A program made the position numbers and the translations under genes. 64,000 nt of DNA, from contig NC_092671.1 of assembly GCF_964355755.1 (NCBI RefSeq), positions 10,726,001-10,790,000 on the forward strand, read 5' to 3'. Below the pieces are notes generated by a model. That model made no database searches. It was given only the letters and a program-made list of their open reading frames with translations, and had not been told where the DNA came from. This document shows, piece by piece, positions 52,601 through 64,000 of this stretch; position 1 is the stretch's first letter, and each line of letters begins with the position of its first letter. The stretch is from Antedon mediterranea (lineage: Eukaryota > Animalia > Echinodermata).

Positions 52601-55600
52601 GGTGCCCATCTCCATTTCTTTAGCGTTTGGGCCAGACTCCACTAAGTGTGTATGTTTGTGGGGGGTACGCCACTCCTCCCGCACAAACGAGTCTGATTTA
52701 CCTTCCCAGTACTTTTTACATACCAGTACCCATTTCTGTCACCTGGGTAGGGAGGAACAATGTGGATAAAGAATCTTGCTTAAGGACTCAACACTGCAGT
52801 GACCGACCGGGCTTGAACCAGCAACCTCTTGATTGCAAGTCCAATGCTCTAACCACTGCGCCACAGTGCTCCATTTTATCATTACACTATTCCATAATTC
52901 TATTATTATTTACTTCAGAATTTATTATTTCTCTTTTCGATATTCGCCTAATTATATCAAAATAAATGAATAAAGAATTTAACATATTGATTACATTATA
53001 ATACTTTATATACCTTTATGAAAATGTTGAAGTTGTTGACTCTCCCTAGCATTTTCTACGATTATGGATAGCTCTCTGCATACGTCTCTGTAATACTCAA
53101 GTTCTTTTCTGTTTTCTTCATATTCCAAATAAGCGGTCACCGGCCCATTTCCTATGCAAGCGGCTAAACTGAGTACCTTCATCTCGTAAACTTGATATTT
53201 CAGTTTACAAAACCATTTAGATTTGAATAGATCAGACTGTACTAATTGTACGTTGACACTTGCTAATTTTAGAAGACGTTCTTGGTTCGAAGGATCGAGG
53301 TGATTGTATACGCTCCAAACTTTACAAATAAGCACGACTGCAAGATGTACATAAAGACTCAAAATGCATTTACCGTCTTCATCGACACCAGGTAATATAT
53401 CGGAAACAGCTTCTTCGCTCTTGTCCAATAGTTTGATCCATTGTTCACTTCCGATTACCAAATCATCACATTCAAGAACACACCTTATCCAGTTTTTCAA
53501 ACCCTTGCTGCTAAACTTTTTCATTTTGGTCAATGTACTGCTACAATCCTTCCCGAGCCTTTTCAACATGTCGTAAAACTTGCTCTGCAGGTTACTTTCA
53601 TCATTCTCCAAATTAGCACGGTCATGAAAATCAGAAATTTCAGAATACGTAGAAGATATTTTGCATCCAATATTTAGTTTAAAATCAACTTGTTGTAGTT
53701 CTTCTTCAGCCTTCTCCATTGATTGTCTCATAGAAGTGAATCGATTTGAATAAAAATATTCGACGATTTTCGGGACAATCACGTTTAATGATTTTGTTTC
53801 GAGAAACTTCTTGTCAGATTTCGAACCAGTTCTGTCTTTCTTTCTGTAAGCAACCTCCACTTCTGTTATTTAAAATTGAAATTTTTTGTCTATAATTTCA
53901 GCTTGTATATTACATTTAAACTGAATATCTTCTTTTTTAAGACAAAATGTATAAATAATCATGTTAGAAAAACAGTATCGCTTTTTGATGATGAACAACT
54001 CTAAAATGTATATAGGAAATGTTTTTTTTTTATTTTGTATCTATTATGTTGTGTTTAGTTTTATGTTTTTTATGTAAAAGGGTCCTGCGAAAACAGAAGT
54101 GTAAACTTCTCTATGCAGGATCCTTGCCATCATTTATGCTATGAAACTGTATTTATAAACGATGAGTAAATAAATGTGAATTGAATTAAATTGATTAATA
54201 TCATGCAGTAATATTATAAAATATATTAATGTTTAAAAGTCTAAGAAATTGAGCTCACTATTATTGGGAACGAAATGCCATCAATTGAAAAGCTATAATA
54301 TTCTAACACGTACAGGCTCGGTATTCATGATTCACTACAATTGATTTTTGGTAAAATATATAATTAAATTTACATATTTAAAAAAAATCTAATAGTAATT
54401 TCTTAAAATGTATTCCTATGTTTCTGAAAATAACATTAGTACGCAAACAGTATGAATGCCAAGATTTACCTCTGACATATTTCTCCAATTGCCTCTGCTG
54501 TACTTCTGTACGTTTAGCAGTGATTTTAAAACGTAAACACTCAGCGTATATCTCTTCCAATCTTTGATTCAATTGATCAAAATCTGGTTTGAATTCTACA
54601 GCACTTAATCCGTCGTTTGATATTGTACAACCAAGACTAAGAACCATCATGTCATATGCTATTAATCTGATTTTACCGAAGTATCTAGAAGAAATAATAC
54701 CAGACTCCGACAATGGTAACGTATACGAAGCAAGACGCAGCAAGCCATAGAAATCCCATCTACACAACATATTTCTTAAAGACCATATCACAGATATGGT
54801 CTGCAGAATCATCAGAATCATTGATGTGTTGACTGTGCGCATTGCGCCCATTGGTTTAGAAAAGAAGTCGGTTAAATCAGTTGTTTTTCTGATAATCTGA
54901 TCCCACTCAGGCGATCCGTATTGCAGGTCAGCACCGAGTGCAATGATTTTCCGCAACTGATCAACCCATGCTGCGAGTGGGTCTATGGTATAGGACAGAT
55001 TCAACTTATCCAGTAACTCCTTGTAGCCAATGGAGAGTTTGTCGAACGCATCCAATGCAGTTTTGTTTAAACTCAAGATGTCGGTTATACTCGTATCAAT
55101 TTGGTCGTGAAGAGTACTGAAAGCATTCAGTGAAGTAAGGTTTCCTCCGAATACAAGTCTATATCTAAAAGATTTTGACCTTTCATCCAACTTCAACAAG
55201 GTTTCTTCTGCCTTTTGGTAATCACCTTTGTTAAAGTATGTGTTGGCTAACCCCACTTGAACTGCAAGAATAGATTCGTCTTCTGTTGTGTCTAAATCAT
55301 TTTTCATTTTTCTTTGTCGTTCTTCTAAATAAAAAAAAAAGATGTTGAAAGATTAAGAAACGACTTTAGAGCTGCGTCCAATAACCATAATAGGAAAAAC
55401 TATCTTAATATAAAATCAATACATCCTAGTTAGTCTGTTATTATATTACAAATATCCTGGTGATTGAAAAAACCTAGTAATTAATTGAATGAAAAATATA
55501 CAGTACGATGTGCTTCTAGTGTTATGTTTTACAGTAGCTCACCATCTGAAACCGATTGAAAAGATGATGCCCCTTGATTGGCTATATCACTGAACGTTTC

Positions 55601-58600
55601 CATCGACTGATTTTTTCTGGATTGTTTGGTGAGATCTCTTACATCATTGCCTTTTCTCTCTTGCTCACCGTTATTTTCTATCACATCTTCGGTATCTAAG
55701 GTCAAGATTAATTTACACTGTTTTTCAACATAATGTAATTTAATTTGGCATATAGAAACAACAACCTATTTATAAATAGTATTTATTATTTCAATTTATG
55801 TTTTGAACTGTGATTGTATAATGTGAATATATGGAGAAAAAAACTAAACAAATTTGTGTTGGTGAATATAATCAACTTCCAACCAACATTTCTCTTCTTT
55901 TACGAAGACAAATTGGCCTACACTTTGTATTAGTATTAATATGGATGGAGATATTTGGTGTACTTGCCTACAAAATAGTTTCATTATTGTTATATATTAC
56001 AGCCGATTCTCGCACGATATTATCGTAATTTTAAGATATTATATTAAAAAAGAACAAATAGCATCAAAGAAAATAATAAAGGATGGGTGATTCCCGCAAG
56101 TAAGAAAACAACAAAGTGATTTTAATGAAAATGCCAACCTTTTTTACTCCTTTTTCTATATTGTGTTTTACTAGTCGGCCAGTCTTGATTAAGGTACAGT
56201 TGTCAAGATACGAATACATAAGAAAAGAGTGTATCGTAAAATAAACATACAAATATTCACGAGGCCTATGGTTAGACCAGGAGCCCAGAGGGGTCAACCT
56301 AGCTGGAAAGTTAACCAATTTCTATGCATGTGGCAATTATCTACGTACATATCAATGTATGGAAATGACAGTCTGGCGCGTTTCTTTTGGTGGGTGTGGC
56401 TAGGAGGGACACTGTAAAGGGTAACAAAAATGAGCTAGATCAGCTGAAAAGTTAACCCCATGAAATATTTTGCAAATTGTTTGACATAGAATGAAATATA
56501 AGGAATGGCTATTGCCAGACGATTTTAGTGGTGGGGGGTGCCTGCCAGACCCCCATTCTGGAGGGCCAAAAATGAGCTAGATCAGCTTAAAAGTTAACCC
56601 TCTAAAACTGGTGGGAAAATGTTCAATAAACTCATAACTATCATGAATGACCATTGCCAGACATTTTCAGTGGTGGATTGTGCCCGCCAGACCCCGTCAA
56701 ACACCCCACCCACAAAAAATTGAGCTAGATCAGCTGAAAAGTTAACCCCATGAAATATTTTGCAAATTGTTTGACATAGAGTGAAATATAATGAATGGAC
56801 ATTGCCAGACGATTTTAGTGGTGGGGGGTGCCTGCCAGACTCCCATTTCTGGAGGGCCAAAAATGAACTAGATCAGCTTAAAAGTTAACCCTCTAAAACT
56901 GGTGGGAAAATGTTCAATGTACTCATAACTATTATGAATGACCATTGCCAGACATTTTCAGTGGTGGATAGTGCCCGCCAGACCCCGTCAAACACCCCCA
57001 CTCCCAAAAATGAGCTAGATCAGCTGAAAAGAAGCTAACCTTTTAAAACATGCTGTAGAATGTTCAGCATGATCCCTAGTATAATAAATGACCATTGCCA
57101 GACATTTTAAGTGGTGGATTGTGTCCACCAGGCCCCCTCAAACACCCAACCCCCAAAATGACCCAGATTAGGCCAAGGGTTAACCACTGTAAAACTGGTG
57201 GGAAAATGTGTAGTATACTGTCAAGGATATGAATTGTCATTACCAGACATTTTTATTTGCTCATTATAGAACCACCCCATCCATCCAACCCCTTACCTAA
57301 TTCACAAAAAAAGTAAATCAATTAGTCAATTGGTTTATGCAGTTAAAGGACTTATTTAGAAACTGACTTATCTTCTATAATGGTTCCCTAGAGAATAATG
57401 TTGTTGATTATCATCAACATTTCAAAACAAAGGCTTATTTTATTAAATGCATTTTGATTATGATAGAGAGTGGTACATCATATTTCAAAGTGCTACATCT
57501 GCCAAACGGTAACGGCGGACAAGATTGTATGTTAAGAGCGTTCAGTGAAATGATATGGTCAACTGTAAAGAATGCTGCTGCATTACGTAAGAAAATGAAG
57601 TCTGACAAACATGCTGATACAACAAACAAGGTTTTTCTTATGAAACAACCTAAAAATTCAATCAGCTATCACCCTTTATGTCATAGGTACAGTATTACAC
57701 TGCCGTGAAACAAAACAAAGTAGTGTCCTTCAGAAATCAGATGAGTGTGGCATGTTAAAGGGAACTTGCATATTTTGTGAAAAAGGCCGAAAAAATGGGA
57801 AAGAAGAGAAAAGGCTTAAGATAGCAGCTGTTTCTGGGTGCAAGTCACTTTCCCAGCAGGTAAAATTTAAAAAAAACCAACGTATCAATAGTCTAATTCG
57901 GTGTGGCGTTGATCTGCCGAGTTCAGTTCTTCTAGAAACTGATAAACATGATGGTTCAACAGAAGAGCATTCATCTTATTGAAGTAACACATCTTATGGA
58001 AGTCACAAAAGGGCATTTTCATCCCTACTGAAACCTATTGAATTATTATTAAGTATTGGGAAAACAACGAGCTATACTTGTCTCTGATTTGCTAAGCTTT
58101 TACAAAATCGAATTTGTCAATAATGGAGGAAAACTGATATCAACTCATATTCGTCCCAAAATCTTACAAGGAAAATTCAATAAAAATTTAAAGATGAAAT
58201 CAAAGTAAAACCTGCAGACAGACGAAGAGGTAACTTCATTTATAGATCACTTCTTCTAGGAGAAGAAGCCACTGCTCGACTTTATGATAATTCTGAACAA
58301 TATGTACAGAATAATAAAATAAAATGGGCTGCTCTTCATCTTAGATCTATAATCATGCAGCTCCCACAGACAAAGACCTGCTACAGTTCAAAACTTAAAA
58401 GAGTGTGCTGCCAAGATACCATCACAGTTAGAATTATTCTTTAGGATTCTTCTTGGTGGCATCGACCAAAATGCCAATGATGCAAACAAAGACAAGTTTG
58501 ATAGAAAGGTTATTTCCATTGCATCTGATGCCATCTATAATGTATCTCGTGGAACTGTGAAACCATGGAAACACACTGTCGTTGGTTTATGTTTTACATC

Positions 58601-61600
58601 TCTGACAGGATCAAAACTGGCTATGCAAATTTTGACATTGTATTAGTAGTGAAAGCAAAGGCCTTGAGACTGAGTTTGCCTATTCAGTTCAAGATGATGA
58701 ACGCGACGCCCCAGATGGTATCCGGCTTGACCCAACCTTGGCAACTGCATGTGTATGGGAGAATAATGATACAAATGTAGAAACACTTGATGGTAAAGAA
58801 ACTCTACACGCTACAGTTGGACATACATATCAGAATATATTGCATGACGACCAACTGCTCAATAGGAATACTATTGGATTTCGGGATGGTAGAAACAGGC
58901 GGAAATTTGTTGGAGTTGAAAGAGAAATACCACCTTTTAGGATAGGTATAAATAAAGCTTTGTTTATAAGTTCCAATGCCACATCAACTACAAATGTTAG
59001 AGAATGTAGTACAATCACTGACAAACCAATGGAATACCAAATACCACTGAAGGCATTGGATATGTATTGGTTTTGGAAACTGAATGATGGAGATACACCC
59101 CTACATGCCGGATTCATGAGCAAGTATATCAATAATCATTTACCAGTTCAGTGCATTTGCTACAGGGATCCTATATCAAAATCCCCAACAAACAATGATG
59201 TGGTTAGAGAGAGAAAATGATCCAGACTATGGCTATTGCCAAGGAAACTGGCCAAGACTATGCAGACAAGACTATGCAGTTGTGACATATGATTTGGCAG
59301 TAGCATTAAAAGCTTACTCCATACAAACAATACAATCCCCCCTATTTGATAAGCTTTTAGTATTACAGGGCAATTTTCACACAGAGTTGGCGTTCTACGG
59401 AGCAGTTGGAACGTACATTAACGACAGCGGTATCGAATATATTCTCCAAGAAGCAGATATCTTGGCTGAGGGGTCAATGATGGGTTTCATCAAAGGAAAG
59501 TTTTACAACAGGTGCACTAGAATTCACCAATTGCTTGCCAATGTCTTGGAGCAAAAGTTGTATAAACGCTTTCTTCAAGAAATAAATGCAGAAGATCATC
59601 ACACATTTCAAGAAATAATGTCAACTGCACCTTTGGACCCATCATTGATTGAAGAACATATATCGGATCCTGTTGTAAAATCACCTGCAGAAGTACGAGA
59701 ATTACTTCCAGTCAGTGCTTACTGGAAATATAGGTTCAACAGCACAATTCTGGGCTATTTACATTTTTCTTATTAATCGACTCCATAGAGAACTTCAAAG
59801 ATGTGTGAAAACAAATGATGTCACTGGCTACATTAATGTATTTCCAACCATATTATCTGTTTACTTTGCCCTGAACCGACCTAACTACGCCAGATGGGGA
59901 ACTCTATTCATACAGAAACTGAAAAACGTTGACCTAAAGTACTGGAAAAATGAGCATTTTCCATCAGACGTACAAATAAGCACTACAGTAGATGTTGACC
60001 TTTCCTTAGAACAGACGGTCAATCGTGATTCTTCTTCAAGTATGAGAGGGATTGTTGCCTTTCCTAATTCAGAAAATGCAATGCGCCAGTGGTCATTGAC
60101 TATGAGTCAACGAGCCATGGCAGTCACGGAGCTGAGAACATTTGCTGGTCTTGAATTAGGGGAAACTGCAACAGCTCAATGCCGTCCATCAAGAATAAAA
60201 AAGGACACATTGACAGTGAAACGGAAGAAACAGAGATTGAAGAATCAAGTGATTCTTCTGGCGATGCATGGAGTGAAGAGGAATATATGGATTAATTTAA
60301 GTAATTTGTGCAGAAAAGTCATAGCTTATTAAATAAGACTGTTTTTTGTTGTAACTAATGAAAACTACTGTAGATAGAATAAGGTACTACAGTATATAAA
60401 GTATCATATGCTAAAATGTCGGGTGTTTGATATTTGATGTAGTTCTCATTTTAGCCATTCATGCTGTTTTTTAGTGTACTTAATTGCTCCATATATTTTG
60501 TTTTATAAGTTTAGGTTTTGAGTTGATCTAGTTCATGTTTTTTTTTTTGGGCGGGGGGGGGGGGGGTGGGTGGGTGTTTAATGGGTGTCTGGCGGACACA
60601 ACCCACCACTTTAAATGTCTAGCAATGGTCATTTATTATACTAGGGATCATGCTGAACATTTTACAGCATGTTTTAAAAGGTTAGCTTTTCAGCTGATCT
60701 ACCTCAATTTTTTGGGGGTGGGGTGTTTGACGGGGTCTGGCGGGCACAATCCACCACTGAAAATGTCTGGCAATGGTCATTCATGATAGTTATGAGTTTA
60801 TTGAAGATTTTCCCACCAGTTTCAGAGGGTTAACTTTTAAGCTGATCTAGCTCATTTTTGGCTCCCCAGAAATGGGGGTCTGGCAGGCACCCCCCACCAC
60901 TAAAATCGTCTGGCGATATTCATTCATTATATTTCACTCTATGTCAAACCATTTGCAAAATATTTCATGGGGTTAACTTTTCAGCTGATCTAGCTCAATT
61001 TTTGGGGGGTTGGGTGTTTGACGGGGTCTGGCGGGCACAATCCACCACTGAAAATGTCTGGCAATGGTCATTCATGATAATTATGAGTTTATTGAACATT
61101 TTCCCACCAGTTTCAAAGGGTTAACTTTTAAGCTGATCTAGCTCATTTTTGACCCCCCAGAAATGGGGGTCTGGCAGGCACCCCCCACCACTAAAATCGT
61201 CTGGCAATGGCCATTCCTTATATTTCACTCTATGTCAAACAATTTGCAAAATATTTCATGGGGTTAACTTTTCAGCTGATCTAGCTCATTTTTTTTACCC
61301 TTTACAATGTCCCTCCTAGCCACACCCACCAAAAGAAACGCGCCAGACTGTCATTTCCATACATTGATATGTACGTAGATAATTGCCACATGCATAGAAA
61401 TTGGTTAACTTTCCAGCTAGGTTGACCCCTCTGGGCTCCTGCTCTAGGTAGTACATTGATGAAAATTAAAATGAAAGAGGCGTATTTTTCTATCACGTTT
61501 ACTTTACGAATTAGATGTACAATATCACAAGGTCTATCTGAATAAATAAAATAATTAAATTACCATGAAGTGTTGATTTTCTTTTTGAAGTGCTTTCAGC

Positions 61601-62878
61601 AAAAACATCTTCTGGAATACGAATACGACACATTATAACACACGTTTAACATAAAAAGGGTTAATCATTTTGTATATTAATAGTCTAATGTTCAGATGTT
61701 AATCAAACAGACCAAACAAATATAGACCTAATAATAAAGTGAATTCAAGGCAAATTACTGAAAAAATATATCAGTTGCTGGATGGCAATGGATACAAATA
61801 CATTAAGCAAAAAGCTAAATAAAAACATATAGCCAAAAAGAAAGTCAATTATTATATGTTACTTATAAGTTGTCAGGGTGTAGCTTACCTTCTTTACCAC
61901 TTTCTCTAGATTTCGATTTACTATGCAGCCAGTCTTGATCGAAGGTGCATTTGTGAAAGAAAATACATATAATTTTTAAATAGCGTATTTAAAAGCAAAG
62001 AAAATATATGTTTTATTTGGTAGTAGGCCTATAGTAATCTTGTATCGAGTTTACAAAAAATGTCCTAGATATAATCATGTAGCAATGCTTAAAGTAAAAG
62101 TGGGATACCGTGATGTGTTGATTGTCTTGTTGTGCTTTCACCAAAAACTTCATCTGGAATACGAACAAAAGTAACGACAAATTAAAACATACGTGGTTAA
62201 GTTCATATAAATATAAAAACCAAGTTATTTACTTTGAATAATTAGTTTGATATATATAGTGGGGGCTTTTAGGTCACATAGGGAGTTCACATTTTTGCAA
62301 TAGCAACAAATGGTGTGTGTTGGTTCTTCACCTCATACTCTTTCAATTTCTGCTGGGCGCCAAGAAATTTGACCTCAAGGGAGCACCTAATTTGCATAAT
62401 TAAAAATGGCGGCCATTTTTACAAAAAAATCCTAATATCTGTACAACCAATTGTCATAGAGTTTTGTTTTTTGTTGTCAAATTCTTCAGAGTAGTGACAT
62501 TACTATTTGTTCCAATGAAAAATTTGCAAGATTTTGAACGAAAATATCCCTAACTAACCCTACTAATAGGTTTAATTTGATTAATTTACCATGCTCCCCA
62601 AGCCGACGTGTTTCAACATTCAAATGTGGCTCTCTTCTTTCCGTCGGAACTCCAAGTCCTCTCCATCCATTTTGGATAAGTTTCTTCAGAGTTAGACGTT
62701 CAGCCAACTTAAGATTTGGAATAAGATCTAAACTGGCTTCATCAAGGTTGTAGAGTGATAAGATGTTTACAAAACCGGCTTCTTCTAATATATAAATAGT
62801 TCGTTGTTGCAAACGACATCTTTTCAACTCACGTCGCATGTCATTCAAATCAGCCCATTCATCTTCATTAGACGCCAT
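49603..62878 (-). CDS. Uncharacterised ~1396-aa protein: SAM-like domain, linker micro-exons, 4x ~280-aa helical module, acidic linker, RHIM-like tail. Proposed exons: 62590-62878, 62109-62153, 61889-61933, 61564-61611, 56139-56183, 55543-55695, 54470-55324, 53014-53862, 51556-52395, 50751-51091, 50049-50493, 49764-49962, 49603-49639
   Basis: Long stop-free exons in AT-rich DNA, with every junction GT-AG and phase-compatible (4191 nt, in frame to TAA at 49603). Joining the 61.5-62.9 kb exons to the rest and the choice of start codon are inference. Confidence 0.72.
52558..52872 (-). mobile_element. tRNA-derived SINE (intronic)
   Basis: Minus strand: A box tggcgcagtggt, B box ggttcaagcc, central gtccttaagcaag...cccaggtg..aaatgggtac, (tttacc)n tail. 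Confidence 0.8.
56273..61446 (+). mobile_element. Academ DNA transposon, degraded, inserted in an intron
   Basis: TAG...CTA termini, ~0.9-kb repeat-rich TIRs (56273-~57160 / ~60570-61446) and a 3-bp TSD GGT (56270-56272, 61447-61449). Confidence 0.88.
57450..60210 (+). pseudogene. Academ transposase pseudogene (frameshifted, C-terminally truncated)
   Basis: W(E/D)NND...ETL.G..TLH.TVG..YQ; VVTYDLAV..KA..IQ...F..L....G.FH....F.GAVG.YI.DSG...IL.EA......S..G...GK.YNRC.R.H; YFALNRPNYARW; DL.LEQTVNRD. Confidence 0.8.
61747..61840 (-). mobile_element. Degenerate fragment of the same pLTR family
   Basis: caaggcaaattactgaaaaaa...atcag.tgctggat..caatgga.acaaa...gcaaaaagctaaat. Confidence 0.6.
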
Positions 62879-63700
62879 ATTTCGAGGCTTAATATAGAAT
62901 TATAATATCACATTATTTTCATCATTATATGTAAAATATACTGATGATTAAATACCGGTACCCTTTGTCTGATATAGATACATGCACACATTGAAAAAAA
63001 GTATACGATAGGCCTAAATATTGCGGTTACTTTTTTTGGTTTCTCAAGCTCAACCGGGTTTTTGGGCACTTGATTAGACCACGCCCATACAGTGCTGTAG
63101 GGGATGATAGTCGTAAATATATTTGAACATTTCTTTTCAAACTATTCAAACGTTTAACACTGTTCAAAATTGTTCTATAACAAACTACTATAACGTCATG
63201 AAATTCACGTGAGCTTGACTCATTATTTACATTCAATACTTTTTATAATAGGATTTTAGATAAGGTTTGTGCATACAGCATTTTATCGCTTCTTACACAA
63301 ATATAACCCCATAAAATGTAGGCATAAACCCGTCTGTGCTTGTGATATATGATAACAATTGTAAATTGTATTTTTAATACATAAAATTGTTAACAAATAA
63401 GGACAGAGAAGACATGACAAACATAATGTGCTGAAATGTTATCTAGAAACAACTTGTTATTAATCTAATGTTTATTTATTTAAAAAAAAAGTATCACGAT
63501 AATAATTTGGGTTGATTAGGCCTATATTGTTGGCCCAAGGAATATTTCTGACTGGCAAAAATGTATTGATTAACTTCATTTCATATGCATTGATATTTTT
63601 ATTCCAGGATCAAAAATAAAATAATACAAAACAAAAAACACAATTTGGGAGAATGGAATTTGATGCAAATAAGCATGGATGTTGAGACATGTAACCTTAC

Positions 63701-63779
63701 AAAATCGTTGAAAACGACATCTTTTTAACTCACGTCGCATGTTATTCAAATCGGCCAATTCATCTTCATTAGACGCCAT
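63701..63779 (-). other. Truncated duplicate of the first coding exon of the SAM-like gene
   Basis: MASNEDELADLNNMRRELKRCRFQRF vs MASNEDEWADLNDMRRELKRCRLQQR at 62878, followed by a gtaagg donor. Confidence 0.7.
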
Positions 63780-64000
63780 AGTTCGAGGCTTAGGCATGGC
63801 ATCACAACATCGGTGTAGTGTTGGAAATAATAATTGTTTAGATTGTATATATTCGTAATCTGTATTTAATAAGCTTTAAAATGAGCCGTTGTTTATTAAA
63901 ATTGGCTTATTATATGAAGAGTTATTAATGAAAACATACGAGTCACTTTCTCGCTCAGGAAATCTTCATTTTGAGAAAATCAACAATGAAGTAGCGACGT

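Noticed and set aside
52800-52872. tRNA gene
   Set aside because: A and B boxes are present but the acceptor stem is poor and the sequence continues into a SINE body and tail

Overview
AT-rich, intron-containing animal genomic DNA. An invertebrate deuterostome such as an echinoderm is plausible but not provable from this window. Five protein-coding loci were reconstructed by hand from splice sites: (1) the last, MH2-encoding exon of an inhibitory Smad6/7 (+); (2) a complete 11-coding-exon PSTPIP1-like F-BAR/SH3 gene (-); (3) a 4-exon NCBP2AS2-like microprotein (+) that the ORF track misses; (4) RPL23 (-); (5) an unrecognised ~1396-aa, 13-exon gene (-) with a SAM-like N-terminus, four copies of an uncharacterised ~280-aa helical module and a C-terminal RHIM-like motif. 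Positions 32.8-49.5 kb are a nest of transposons: a hAT element containing a hAT with a 5-bp TSD and an Academ-ended palindromic element built around a Penelope-like retroelement with hammerhead ribozymes, plus LINE fragments and a second Penelope. A degraded Academ transposon sits in an intron at 56.3-61.4 kb. Also present are a hairpin-unit satellite (12.4-14.8 kb), SINEs, MITEs and at least four tiny palindromes between 7-8 bp direct repeats that look like P-superfamily excision footprints. All coordinates were read by eye and no database search was run.
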